A DNA stretch of 64,000 nt from Escherichia coli (GCF_048403405.1 NZ_CP183129.1), one strand, 5' to 3'; counted from the first letter of the stretch, positions 34,194 through 44,377 are shown. Notes: generated by a model from the sequence alone, not told the origin. Made by a program: numbers and translations.

Positions 34194-34573
34194 TAAACAC
34201 CCCCTGAAAAATAATTTTTCAATGCATTAAAAAATATCAACAACTACGTTATTCCGCAACAACCTACTTTTTTTACCATTTTTCCACTTTAACAACTTTT
34301 TGCTCCACTTTTCCAAGACCAAACAAATTGAAATCTGGCTAAAACAACATACAACACTATTATTCGTCTTTCTCGAGTCCGCCCGGAGTTCGAAAAACAA
34401 ACCGAGTTAAAGCCATTTTTCAAAAAATCGATTTTAGGTTACACCAAAATTACGGGACTGCATCCAAATTTGTTTATTTTCGAACGTATACATACAAATA
34501 TGTGCAATAATAAGCGAAATAATTTTTGGATATGCATTATGATATGTACACCAATTTCGTATAGAGTCTCACT

Positions 34574-35164
34574 ATGTCTCGAATTTTTGCTTACTGTCGG
34601 ATATCAACTCTGGATCAGACCACCGAAAATCAACGCCGGGAAATCGAAAGTGCAGGCTTTAAAATCAAACCTCAGCAAATAATCGAAGAACACATTAGCG
34701 GCTCAGCAGCAACCAGTGAGCGTCCTGGTTTTAACCGGTTGCTTGCTCGCCTGAAATGTGGTGATCAATTGATTGTGACAAAACTGGATCGCCTTGGTTG
34801 TAATGCAATGGATATCAGGAAAACAGTGGAACAACTGACCGAAACAGGTATCAGAGTGCATTGCTTAGCATTGGGGGGCATTGACCTGACCAGTCCAACA
34901 GGAAAAATGATGATGCAAGTAATTTCAGCAGTCGCTGAATTTGAACGAGACCTTTTACTTGAACGCACTCATTCCGGGATAGTAAGAGCCCGGGGCGCAG
35001 GGAAACGTTTTGGTCGACCACCTGTGTTAAATGAAGAACAGAAACAGGTGGTATTCGAACGAATTAAGTCAGGTGTAAGTATAAGTGCCATTGCCCGGGA
35101 ATTCAAAACCTCGCGGCAAACCATTTTAAGAGCCAAAGCAAAACTTCAGACACCTGACATATAA
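34574..35164 (+). CDS. pin: serine recombinase, Pin-type DNA invertase (PinR/PinQ-like)
   Basis: 196 aa; catalytic Ser region [15 protein letters not shown] motif, C-terminal HTH. Confidence 0.88.
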
Positions 35165-35391
35165 AAAATAATCTCGGTGTGAGATGCTTTACGTCTTCCA
35201 AGCCCCCTTCCTTGCCGTAAATGGAAAGATACATCTAATTATAGAATTTATATGTTTTACCCTACGGCAGTGCTGGCCATTCAATATCCTGTGCAGTTGA
35301 CGTATCAACACGGTTCAGCAACACCCGATACTTTTTCCAGGCTTCCAGCAACGGGGTTTCTTCCTCCGTTGCATATACAGCTCACCTTTTT

Positions 35392-35688
35392 TCACCCACG
35401 ATTAACCAACAGCCAGACCAGCAGACACGCCACCACCGGCACAGCAAAATCCATCAGGCTTGCCACATCCCACACGCGCGGATCAAAACCGCCCCACCAC
35501 GGCATGTTAATCCTCTTGCCATGCCCAAACATTTCAATCCAGCGATATTCCGCCTGGGTGTGTTCACGCGCAATGAAGAACGTACAACCGGCTATCGCCC
35601 CGTAAGCCCAGTTCCCGGTAAAAAGACCAACCAGTAGCTGCGCAGCCACAGCACAAAGCGCATGAAGGAAAGGTGTTATATCCATTTT
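35392..35688 (-). CDS. small 3-TM inner-membrane protein of unknown function (prophage accessory)
   Basis: MKMDITPFLHALCAVAAQLLVGLFTG...; three hydrophobic helices; between tail-fibre module and pin. Confidence 0.55.
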   Translation of the reverse strand, partial: KMDITPFLHALCAVAAQLLVGLFTGNWAYGAIAGCTFFIAREHTQAEYRWIEMFGHGKRINMPWWGGFDPRVWDVASLMDFAVPVVACLLVWLLVNRG

Positions 35689-35727
35689 CATCCTACCCAA
35701 TAAAACGGGGCGCTCGGCCCCTTGATA

Positions 35728-36768
35728 TTATTTAGACGCAAGCGCCGCCTCAATTGCAGATAATCTTTGTCTTAATTCTGCGTTTTCTTCTTCCAGTGCT
35801 GTTATTCTGTCGTCTGACTCTCTGGCTACCTGAACAAGCAAGCCAGTAACACCAGAATAATCTACTGTGTAATAACGTTCACCTTCTTCACCTTCCGATC
35901 CGCTTGCGCCGTCCTGATATTTCATTGCGGAACCTACAACTTCTGGGATTGCTTCCAGAGCTTCCTGTGCAATGACACCAGCATAGGGCATACCGTTTTC
36001 TTTAAGCGTGTATGTATAGCCGTTCATTTTACGGATGCGGTCGGTTGCATTATCGATCACCTGAATGTTGTCTTTCAGATCCCGGTCGGAATGCTGGTTA
36101 AATGCGGTGGCATGACATGCACCATTAACGCTTAACATATAGGTGTTATCGGTATTTTTTTGCGCATAGAACATATAAGCGCCACCATCAACACCGACTT
36201 CATAAACAACAGGACGGCTGGAGTTGCCCCACAATTGAGCAGTAACACCAGCATAAGCGGTTCCCTGTGTGTTTAATGTCATGGTTGACCCATGATTGGC
36301 ATATTTGATCTGTAATGTGTCGGTGTAATCAAATTTAATAAGCGCGTTACTTCCACGCTTGCTGTATGACATAAGGCAGTTACCCATTTTGAGGTATCCG
36401 CTGTCACCGGGAAAAATCATCGTACCGCCATAAAGGTTGGTAAAGTCCCAGCAAATGTTTGTCCCGTTATCGTTCAGGTTAAGGCGCGCCATTGCGTTAC
36501 CTGGACTGTCTATCCATTTTTTGAGGTATAGTTCGCAATACGCATCCTCAACACCTGCCGTCCTGTGAGTTGAGCGGAGTTTTCTCCCAAATATAGCTCC
36601 GCTAGTTGGCAATACCTGCTGATACCATGAAGCAGACCAGTCACCAACGATTTCATCTTTGCTGTCTACATATAATTTTGTTGCGTAGCTTCCTTGATCG
36701 TTTTTTAATTTGCTAACGTCGGATTTTAGCGTTTTGATGTCATCAGGAATTACTGTCGATGTAGCCAT
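35728..36768 (-). CDS. tail-fibre/tail-spike tip protein with C-terminal intramolecular chaperone (peptidase S74-like) domain
   Basis: 346 aa; C-terminus DLKDNIQVIDNATDRIRKMNGYTYTLKENGMPYAGVIAQEALEAIPEVV... typical of auto-cleaving chaperone domains of endosialidase and T5 pb1 type fibres. Confidence 0.7.
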   Translation of the reverse strand: MATSTVIPDDIKTLKSDVSKLKNDQGSYATKLYVDSKDEIVGDWSASWYQQVLPTSGAIFGRKLRSTHRTAGVEDAYCELYLKKWIDSPGNAMARLNLNDNGTNICWDFTNLYGGTMIFPGDSGYLKMGNCLMSYSKRGSNALIKFDYTDTLQIKYANHGSTMTLNTQGTAYAGVTAQLWGNSSRPVVYEVGVDGGAYMFYAQKNTDNTYMLSVNGACHATAFNQHSDRDLKDNIQVIDNATDRIRKMNGYTYTLKENGMPYAGVIAQEALEAIPEVVGSAMKYQDGASGSEGEEGERYYTVDYSGVTGLLVQVARESDDRITALEEENAELRQRLSAIEAALASK

Positions 36769-36777
36769 TTTTCTTCC

Positions 36778-37059
36778 TCACATCCAGCCACGAAGTTGAT
36801 GCTCAACAGCAACCACGTATTCATCGAATAATGACGATATTTGCGAATCATTAATGATGCGCACGTTTACAAAATATCCGTCTTCCTTAACACATACCGG
36901 TTCGCCATCTTCAGTCAGTTCTCCGGTTTCTTTGTACACGTTACCTATCACGTCAATAAGAATATCATCCTGCATCAACTCGTCATCATAATAGCCAATG
37001 CTCTCCATAAAGGCCGAAAAGTCGGCCCTGTCGGGAAATTTGAGTGTTAAATCTTTCAT
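36778..37059 (-). CDS. hypothetical 93-aa acidic protein between fibre genes (possible fibre assembly/adaptor)
   Basis: ORF with 1-nt overlap (ATGA) with stf stop; no recognised motif. Confidence 0.45.
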   Translation of the reverse strand: MKDLTLKFPDRADFSAFMESIGYYDDELMQDDILIDVIGNVYKETGELTEDGEPVCVKEDGYFVNVRIINDSQISSLFDEYVVAVEHQLRGWM

Positions 37060-39434
37060 TAGATTGACTCCCCCACCTGAGCATCAGTCAATGCCTTGTG
37101 CCATATTCTGAAATTCCTTACATGACCAAATAAATGACGTAACCCGGCTGTAGTCTGGCCTCCAATACGGATAATTGCGGTGTTCTGAATACAGGACCAT
37201 GTGGTTTTTGTTTCGCTGGATATACGCCCGTTACTTACTGCGCATGTAGACTGATCAGACTTTACACGCATCCCCATAACCATTTTTTCAAGTGATGCAT
37301 TTTCGTTTATCCGTCTGTTAGACCCACCAATATCGCAATAAGGAAATCCGTCGTAATCTGCTGAAGAACCGAAGCCAAGAATAATAGCCGCTCCGGTTTG
37401 ATGACCGCCGGTATCAAAAACACGCGGTGCTGCATTTGGCGTTTTATACCAGTTCTTATGTACCTCACAAAGAACCGTAAAAGGAAGATTATAAAGATTA
37501 TTCTTAATGGGAACTGTGACTATATCGCTTGCGCGGGTCGCCGCCGTCGTTCCTGATATAATAAAAGATGATACACAAGGCCCATTTTCTACTTGTGGGG
37601 TGGCCAGATAAATATAGTCACCAGATACGGTTGCCCCGCCCTGCTTAGGAGAATACTGTATCTGAGAACCTATTTTTAACTCCCCATCAATTGCCTGAAT
37701 TGTTGCCTCTGCAAAAATCCATCCGATAACTTCGTCCTTTCTGACTCTCGCTGTAATCCTTGAGGCAGCGCCGCCTGTCATATTAATTTCAAGCGTTTGT
37801 GTATCAATATACACATCACCAAGAAAAGTTGTTGCGCTACCGTCATATTTATCAAATCGGATACGCAACCTTACCTGCAGTTCTGTTTTAAAACGACATG
37901 AGGTTGTCACGTATTTATTATCGCCTGAGACATCAACTGACTTTGTTGCAGCAATTGATGCCATATTAATGGCTGAGGTTTGCCCAATCAGAGAATCGTT
38001 ACAGACAAACTTTCCATAGGTAAAACCAAAACTATCCGTCCCGGTTTCGGGAACATCCATATTTGACGATCGCCCCCAACTGGCAGGGCTTTCCGAATTG
38101 AGCATGTAGTTCGTTCTTTGCCCCTCAATAAGCAGGCCATCACGTTCAAACCGTGGCTCGTCAATGGCAGCCTCTGTCAGCACACCAGATTTATTAATAT
38201 AGGTTGCTTTCGATGCGCGTTTAAACTTAACAACCTTGTCGCCAGGCATCGTTATTTCATCATCACCAATAACAATCTTTTTATATGACGGCGAAAAGCC
38301 CGTAATCATATCCAGCGAATCGTTAAATGGTATCCACACATCAGGCAGCGGCTGTAAGACATATTTATACGGCTCCGCAGCCTGGCTTGCGTACTCTCTG
38401 GCTGCATCTTCGCTTGCTTTAGCTGCCGTCTGGCTTGCTGCCGATGCTTTCGCTGAGTTCGCAGCCGCTGTTTCGCTCACCTTTGCGTTGGTTTCACTGG
38501 TTTTTGCTGCTTTTTGACTGTTAGCTGATGCAGTGGCAGAAGCAGCAGCCGCGCTTGCAGAACCAGCTGCAGCACTCTCGCTTTCGGCTGCTGCATCCTG
38601 ACTGCTTTTCGCCGCAGTTTCGCTGGCTTTGGCATTCGTTTCGCTGGTCTTCGCTGCCGTCTGGCTGGACTTTGCGTTAGTTTCACTCGTCTTCGCTGCT
38701 TTCTGACTGTTAGCCGCAGCAGTTGCTGATCCAGCAGCTGAAGTCGCAGAACCGGCTGCCGCGCTCTCGCTTTCGGCTGCTGCATCCTGACTGCTTTTCG
38801 CCGCAGTTTCACTGGCTTTGGCATTCGTTTCGCTGGTTTTCGCTGCCGTCTGGCTGGACTTTGCGTTGGTTTCGCTCGTCTTTGCGGCTGTCTCGCTATT
38901 TTTCGCGTTGGTTTCTGATTTTTTGGCTGCTGTCGCGGAGTTTTCTGATGCAGTCTGTGAGGTCGCTGCCGCCTGTGCACTATTAGCTGCATTCGTTTCT
39001 GAGGTTTTCGCCGCGTTCTTCGATGATGCCGCTGCAGTTTCGGATTTCTTTGCCGCCGCTGCGCTCTGAGAGGCGGCTTCGGCGTTGCGTGCCGCTTCTT
39101 CCACCATTTCCTCAAAACGACGCAATGCCTCCGGCATGACATCATCTTCCGTCATGGCACCGAGAAAATCATTCAGCGTACCTGGTCTGGAACCTTCATA
39201 GACGGTAATGGTTCCGGCATGTGAAGGCGGAAAACCTTCAACAAGCAGGATAACGCTGTACTGGCCATACTCAACATCCATGCTGTAACGCCCGGCTTCA
39301 TCCGGATTTTCAGAGGCCACCGTGTTCACCAGTACCGTGGTGCTGTTACGCTTTGCCTTCAGTTGAATAGTGCAGTTCTGTATTGGTTTTCCCGCACCAT
39401 CTTTCAGCACACCTGAGATTTTTACTGCTGCCAT
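37059..39434 (-). CDS. stf: side tail fibre protein Stf (lambda-type N-terminus, divergent C-terminal receptor-binding part)
   Basis: N-terminus MAAVKISGVLKDGAGKPIQNCTIQLKAKRNSTTV... matches lambda Stf; Ala/Ser/Thr/Lys-rich repeats; C-terminal part resembles a lectin/LamG-like domain. Confidence 0.85.
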   Translation of the reverse strand: MAAVKISGVLKDGAGKPIQNCTIQLKAKRNSTTVLVNTVASENPDEAGRYSMDVEYGQYSVILLVEGFPPSHAGTITVYEGSRPGTLNDFLGAMTEDDVMPEALRRFEEMVEEAARNAEAASQSAAAAKKSETAAASSKNAAKTSETNAANSAQAAATSQTASENSATAAKKSETNAKNSETAAKTSETNAKSSQTAAKTSETNAKASETAAKSSQDAAAESESAAAGSATSAAGSATAAANSQKAAKTSETNAKSSQTAAKTSETNAKASETAAKSSQDAAAESESAAAGSASAAAASATASANSQKAAKTSETNAKVSETAAANSAKASAASQTAAKASEDAAREYASQAAEPYKYVLQPLPDVWIPFNDSLDMITGFSPSYKKIVIGDDEITMPGDKVVKFKRASKATYINKSGVLTEAAIDEPRFERDGLLIEGQRTNYMLNSESPASWGRSSNMDVPETGTDSFGFTYGKFVCNDSLIGQTSAINMASIAATKSVDVSGDNKYVTTSCRFKTELQVRLRIRFDKYDGSATTFLGDVYIDTQTLEINMTGGAASRITARVRKDEVIGWIFAEATIQAIDGELKIGSQIQYSPKQGGATVSGDYIYLATPQVENGPCVSSFIISGTTAATRASDIVTVPIKNNLYNLPFTVLCEVHKNWYKTPNAAPRVFDTGGHQTGAAIILGFGSSADYDGFPYCDIGGSNRRINENASLEKMVMGMRVKSDQSTCAVSNGRISSETKTTWSCIQNTAIIRIGGQTTAGLRHLFGHVRNFRIWHKALTDAQVGESI
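38560..38890. repeat. tandem duplication (about 186-bp unit) inside stf coding region
   Basis: Near-identical DNA blocks ...CTCGCTTTCGGCTGCTGCATCCTGACTGCTTTTCGCCGCAGTTTC... at about 38562-38700 and 38748-38890; protein repeat SETNAKSSQTAAKTSETNAKASETAAKSSQDAAAESESAAAGSA occurs twice. Confidence 0.8.
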
Positions 39435-39498
39435 ATCCACTCCACAAAAAAGCCCGCCTGAACCGGCGGGCTGTCATAACACTGTGTTACCTGGCTAA

Positions 39499-40098
39499 TC
39501 AGAATTTATAACCGACACCCACGATGAAACCGTCAGTGCGCCAGTCACCACTGCCGGAACCTTCATAAGCAAGGTCAATGGCCACGGATTCGGTCGGGTT
39601 AAACTGCACGCCAGCCCCCCACGCCAGAGACGTGTTGCTGTGGCGACCGTCATCACTTCCGGTCAGCACATCGTGCGTTTTCCCCTTGTTGTCAGTTACG
39701 CGGAGATAATCCCCGGAGAAGGTCGACACACGGCTGTAAGCCATACCCGCCATCGCATAAGCACTGAACCATTCATTCACGCGTACAGATGGCCCCGCCA
39801 TCATGCTGAACCAGCGGTTACGCACGGAATCTTCATGCCAGCGGGTATCGCTGTAATGCGTTTTTTGCTCATCTTTGGCATTGGCATAACTGAATGACGT
39901 CACCAGCCCCAGCGTGTCCGTAAATTCATAACGGTATTTCACGTTAATGCCCTTCAGGTCATCACTGCCTGGCATATCAGTATGGGTCTGAAGATACCCG
40001 GCGCTTAGTGTGGACTGATGCTCTGCTGCGCTCGCTGGCGTACCAGCGGCAACCAGCCAGACTACTGCGGACAGAATAACAGCACATAATTTACGCAT
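39499..40098 (-). CDS. lom: Lom outer-membrane protein (Ail/Lom family)
   Basis: 199 aa, signal peptide, beta-barrel ending ...GFIVGVGYKF; position between J and stf as in lambda. Confidence 0.88.
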   Translation of the reverse strand: MRKLCAVILSAVVWLVAAGTPASAAEHQSTLSAGYLQTHTDMPGSDDLKGINVKYRYEFTDTLGLVTSFSYANAKDEQKTHYSDTRWHEDSVRNRWFSMMAGPSVRVNEWFSAYAMAGMAYSRVSTFSGDYLRVTDNKGKTHDVLTGSDDGRHSNTSLAWGAGVQFNPTESVAIDLAYEGSGSGDWRTDGFIVGVGYKF

Positions 40099-40165
40099 AA
40101 TTACCTCTCGCTTTTCTGCAATAAAAAAGGCGTCATTTCTGACGCCCGTATTGGGGTTATAAAAT

Positions 40166-43100
40166 TCAGCTGATACTGATGCCTGCGGTGGCTTTCTTCA
40201 TCACCACAACCAGCAAATCGCTGATACTTGCTGTGGGATACCAGTCATTTACCAGCCATGCTGACACCGAAAACTCCAGCGTCATGTGACCGTGACCGGC
40301 AGGCATATCAATAACGCCACTGTAAATCAGCGTATTATCCAGCGCGGTACGGTTATAAATTTCAGCACCGTTTTTCCGCACTATCAGACGGCATGAGGAG
40401 TAAATATCAGTATGCTCTCTCTCATGTTTAGCGCCGCTGAATGCCACCGCCGGAATAACAATCTGCCGGTCAAACGGCTGATCGTCATAAATCCTGACGG
40501 TAATGGTCCCTGATGGCCACCGTTCCGGTGCACGGGAGTCCCGGGGGAAAGCTTTGCCCACTGTTTTAACGAGATCGCCTTCAATCTGGTTCGCGGACAG
40601 TTTTCCCAGAACCCGGCAGTTCTCGTTAATCGTGACGTTGTTGAGCGTCCCGGAGTTCGCATTCACGTTACCGCTGATATCGGCATTTTTCGCCGTCAGC
40701 CGCCCGTCCGGTGTCAGGGAAAATGCCGGAGGATTACCGCCGCTGGTAATGGTGGGAGCCGTCAGATATTTCAGGAACACTTCATTCATAAATATCTGAT
40801 CGCCCTGACCAACAAACATCGGCTTTGTGTTGCCATTCGCAGGATTAACCATCGCAATCCTGTCCGCCGCCAGCAGCACCTGACTCTGCATACCGTCAGG
40901 AGTATTCTCAATACCGGCACCAATACCCGCGATATAAAGGCGTCCGTCCTGCATCTGCTGCAGCTTCACAGCCCACATGCTGTTCAGGTTATTATTTGTA
41001 TCAACCTGAACCTTCTGTATCTGCTGAATTACCGCACTCTGGTCTTCCAGTTTATTATTGACGGTCTGCGTGATTTCATTGCTGACATCCGTAATGGACG
41101 TCCTGATTTCAGCCAGGTCAGGCGCAAGCTGACCGTTATCAATCTGCGTCCACAGCTCCTGAGCCAGATGGCTTTTCCCTATCTCGCCTTTGAAAAAATC
41201 CAGATAGCCGGATGCATCATCACTCGGCTGGCCAACAGCCTCCACAAATGCCGATTTGCCAACGGTGTTCACACTGCGGATGTAAAAATAATAATCATGG
41301 CCCGGTTTGATATTGATACTGGTGGCTATCCAGTACAGCGCCGTGCCAAGATAGCGGGCTGTGGTTTCAACCTGCCTGATATCGGTAATCCGCGTTTCCG
41401 AGAACCAGAACTCAAACTGTACCGTCGGATCATAAACCGCAAGATGCGGCGTGGCAGTTATCTGAAAATAGCCCGGCGTCAGCTCAATCCGCGACGGCGC
41501 TGCCGGTGCGGCAATCCGGAACGATACCGATGCCGGATCGCCCTGCTGTCCCCACGCATTTACCGCCCGGACCGTCAGCGTGTAACGCCCCAGCGCCAGT
41601 TGCCTGAAGCGGTATGTGGTTTCCGTCGTCCTGGCCGTGCTGACCAGCCGCTCACTGCCGTCGTCCGCTGCCACGGTCAGGCGAAGCAGGAAGCTCACGC
41701 CCTTCACCACCTTCGGCGTGTCCCAGCGGGCCAGTACCTGATACTCCCCGCTGTCTGCGGTGACTTCGGCAGTCAGGTGCTGCACCGCTGGCGGCGTGAC
41801 ACCATTCACCGTGCCGCTCTGGTCACCGTCAAAGTGCGCCCCGTTATCCACGATGGCTTCTTTCTCCGGTACATGCTGCACGGCGGTGATGGCATACGTG
41901 CCATCGTCGTTCTCACGGATACTCACACAGCGGAACAGGCGCTGGCGCAGCGTCGGCAGCTTCAGCCCCCATACGCTGTATTCAGCAACACTGTCAGGAA
42001 CACGGCTCACTTTTACCTTCACGCCGTCGGTGACGGACTGAACCTCCACGCTGACCGGATTGCCACTTCCGTCAACCAGGCTTATCAGCGTGGTACCGGA
42101 GGATGGCAGCGTGATTTCACGGTCGAGCGTCAGCGTCCGGGTCTGGCTGTTCACCGCCAGTACACGACCACCGGTGCTGATACCGGCATAGTCATCATCA
42201 CAGATTTCAATAACATCGCCCGGTACATGGCGAAGCCCTTCTGCGCCGACGCTGAAATCCACGGTCTGCGTTTCCAGCAGTTCCGTTTTAATCAGCCACA
42301 GCCCGGCGCGGTGTGCCTGCCCCCGGCTGGTACAGCCAAAGGCATCCATCTTCGTGACGTTACGACCGTAACGGGCAATGGCCTGCGTGTCCTCCACAAG
42401 CTCTGTCGCCGTCTCCCAGCCGTTGTTCGGGTCAATCCAGTTCACCTCAACGGCATTATGGCGGTCCTTCAGGGCGCTGAAGCTGTAGCGGAACGGCGCG
42501 CCATCATCCGGCATCACCACATTACTGCGGTTATAGGTCCACACCTTATCCGACGGTCGGTCCTGCACGAATGTCAGCGTCTGCCCGTTCCATACCGGCA
42601 TACAGCGCATCGCCGAGCAGAAATCACTGAGCACATCCCACGCCTTGCGCTGTGTGGCCAGGTACGCATTACAGGTGATGCGCGGCTCCGTGCCGCCAAA
42701 ACCATCCGGCACCGACTGGTCGCAATACTGGCTGATGACATACAGCGCCCATTTATCCACATCTGCCGCACCAAGACGTTTCCCCATGCCGTAGCGCGGA
42801 TGGGTCAGCATATCCCACAGACACCAGGCCATGTTGTTGCTGTATGCTGGCTTAAACGTTCCGTCCCAGATACCGCTGTATTGCCGCGTCTGCGGGTTAT
42901 AGTTCGACGGCACCTGCAGAATGCGCCCGCGAAGATGATAATTACGGCTCACCTGCTGGCTGCCGAACTGCTCCGAATCCACCTGCACGCCGACCAGTGC
43001 CGTGTTCGGGTAGCACTGTTTCACATCGATGATTTCGGTGTATGACGACCAGAGCGTTTTGTTCTGCAGCTGGTCTGTGGTGCTGTCCGGCGTCATTCTG

Positions 43101-43645
43101 CGCATCCGGATATTAAACGGGCGCGGCGGCAGGTTATCCACCACCACCGAGGCCAGATACTGTGAGGTGGTTTTGCCCTTAATGGTGATGTCTTTTTCCG
43201 TCACCCAGCCACCATTACGCTGTATCTGAACCAGCAGGCGAACTTCCGACAGATTCCGGTCCCCCTTTGAGGTGGTTTCCACCAGTGCCTGCACACCGAA
43301 GGTAAAGCGCAGACGGTCGATGTTTGCAGACGTGATGGTCCGGGTAATCGGCGTGTCGTACTTCACTTCCGTACCCAGCACCGTCTCGGAGCCGGAGGAT
43401 TCAAATCCCTCCGGCGGTGTCTGCTCCTGCTCACCTGCCCGGAACACCACCGTGACACCGGAGATATTGGTATTCCCCTCACTGTCCAGCACTGGCGTAC
43501 TGTTCAGCAGCACACTTTTTAATCCGTCCACCGGACCTTCAACCGGCCCTTCACTGATGGCGTCTATCACGCTCAGCATCTGGGATGATTTCAGGTTGTC
43601 CTTCGCTTCGCGCGGGGTATGCCCCTTACTGCTGCCTTTACCCAT
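40166..43645 (-). CDS. J: tail tip/host-specificity protein J
   Basis: 1159 aa, N-terminus [20 protein letters not shown]... as lambda J; C-terminal ~150 aa appears divergent from my recollection of lambda. Confidence 0.92.
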   Translation of the reverse strand: MGKGSSKGHTPREAKDNLKSSQMLSVIDAISEGPVEGPVDGLKSVLLNSTPVLDSEGNTNISGVTVVFRAGEQEQTPPEGFESSGSETVLGTEVKYDTPITRTITSANIDRLRFTFGVQALVETTSKGDRNLSEVRLLVQIQRNGGWVTEKDITIKGKTTSQYLASVVVDNLPPRPFNIRMRRMTPDSTTDQLQNKTLWSSYTEIIDVKQCYPNTALVGVQVDSEQFGSQQVSRNYHLRGRILQVPSNYNPQTRQYSGIWDGTFKPAYSNNMAWCLWDMLTHPRYGMGKRLGAADVDKWALYVISQYCDQSVPDGFGGTEPRITCNAYLATQRKAWDVLSDFCSAMRCMPVWNGQTLTFVQDRPSDKVWTYNRSNVVMPDDGAPFRYSFSALKDRHNAVEVNWIDPNNGWETATELVEDTQAIARYGRNVTKMDAFGCTSRGQAHRAGLWLIKTELLETQTVDFSVGAEGLRHVPGDVIEICDDDYAGISTGGRVLAVNSQTRTLTLDREITLPSSGTTLISLVDGSGNPVSVEVQSVTDGVKVKVSRVPDSVAEYSVWGLKLPTLRQRLFRCVSIRENDDGTYAITAVQHVPEKEAIVDNGAHFDGDQSGTVNGVTPPAVQHLTAEVTADSGEYQVLARWDTPKVVKGVSFLLRLTVAADDGSERLVSTARTTETTYRFRQLALGRYTLTVRAVNAWGQQGDPASVSFRIAAPAAPSRIELTPGYFQITATPHLAVYDPTVQFEFWFSETRITDIRQVETTARYLGTALYWIATSINIKPGHDYYFYIRSVNTVGKSAFVEAVGQPSDDASGYLDFFKGEIGKSHLAQELWTQIDNGQLAPDLAEIRTSITDVSNEITQTVNNKLEDQSAVIQQIQKVQVDTNNNLNSMWAVKLQQMQDGRLYIAGIGAGIENTPDGMQSQVLLAADRIAMVNPANGNTKPMFVGQGDQIFMNEVFLKYLTAPTITSGGNPPAFSLTPDGRLTAKNADISGNVNANSGTLNNVTINENCRVLGKLSANQIEGDLVKTVGKAFPRDSRAPERWPSGTITVRIYDDQPFDRQIVIPAVAFSGAKHEREHTDIYSSCRLIVRKNGAEIYNRTALDNTLIYSGVIDMPAGHGHMTLEFSVSAWLVNDWYPTASISDLLVVVMKKATAGISIS

Positions 43646-43705
43646 TCGTCATGATCCATAAACGATAAAACCGCCCGGAGGCGGTTTCACATAAAACATT
43701 TTGCA

Positions 43706-44377
43706 TCAGCGACCAATCACCACAACCTGACCACCATCCCCTTCGTCTGCCGTGCTGATCTCCTGAGAAATCACGCGTGACCCCACGCGCATTTCACCGT
43801 ACAGAACGGGCAGAACATTCCCCTGGGCAACCATGTTATCCAGTGAGGAGAAATAGGTGTTCTGCTTACCGTTATCCGTTGTCTGTGTGCGGGGAGTTCT
43901 GGCTTTCGGTGCCAGCATCTGAGCCACACCACCGAGCACCATACTGGCACCGAGAGAAAACAGAATGCCGGTCATACCACCGGCACCAATGGCTGCCCCC
44001 CATGCTGCAAGGGTGGCTCCGGCGGTAAAGAATGATCCGGCAATGGCGGCTGCTCCCAGGACAATCTGGAATACACCACCTGACTTGGCCCCGGCGACTC
44101 TGGGAACAATATGAATCACAGCGCCATCAGGCAGAGTCTCATGTAACTGCGCCGTTAATCCGGACGTGCTGACGTCCCGCCCGGCAATCCGTACCTGATA
44201 CCAGCCGTCGCTCAGTTTCTGACGAAACGCCGGGAGCTGTGTGGCCAGTGCGCGGATGGCTTCAGCCCCCGTTTTCACACGAAGGTCGATGCGGCGGCCA
44301 AATCGTTGCAAATCCCCGTAAAGGCAGATGCGTGCCATTCCCGGTGACGCCAGAGGGAGTGTGTGCGTCGCTGCCAT
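43706..44377 (-). CDS. I: tail assembly protein I
   Basis: 223 aa MAATHTLPLASPGMARICLYGDLQRFGRRIDL... Confidence 0.9.
   Translation of the reverse strand: MAATHTLPLASPGMARICLYGDLQRFGRRIDLRVKTGAEAIRALATQLPAFRQKLSDGWYQVRIAGRDVSTSGLTAQLHETLPDGAVIHIVPRVAGAKSGGVFQIVLGAAAIAGSFFTAGATLAAWGAAIGAGGMTGILFSLGASMVLGGVAQMLAPKARTPRTQTTDNGKQNTYFSSLDNMVAQGNVLPVLYGEMRVGSRVISQEISTADEGDGGQVVVIGR

Noticed and set aside
34194-34573. TTCGAA-containing segments considered as a tRNA or tRNA-like att remnant
   Set aside because: No cloverleaf could be built by eye; acceptor and T-arm pairings fail
38400-39100. Repetitive DNA considered as a possible CRISPR or VNTR array
   Set aside because: Repeats are in-frame coding repeats of the stf shaft, with no spacer-repeat architecture and no cas genes
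41168-43045. 625-aa ORF on the plus strand
   Set aside because: Lies entirely antisense within gene J; Arg/His-rich low-complexity translation typical of antisense frames in GC-rich phage DNA
44275-44377. Overlap of K and I reading frames suggesting a programmed frameshift
   Set aside because: No slippery heptamer noted; more likely ordinary gene overlap or an uncertain K stop assignment
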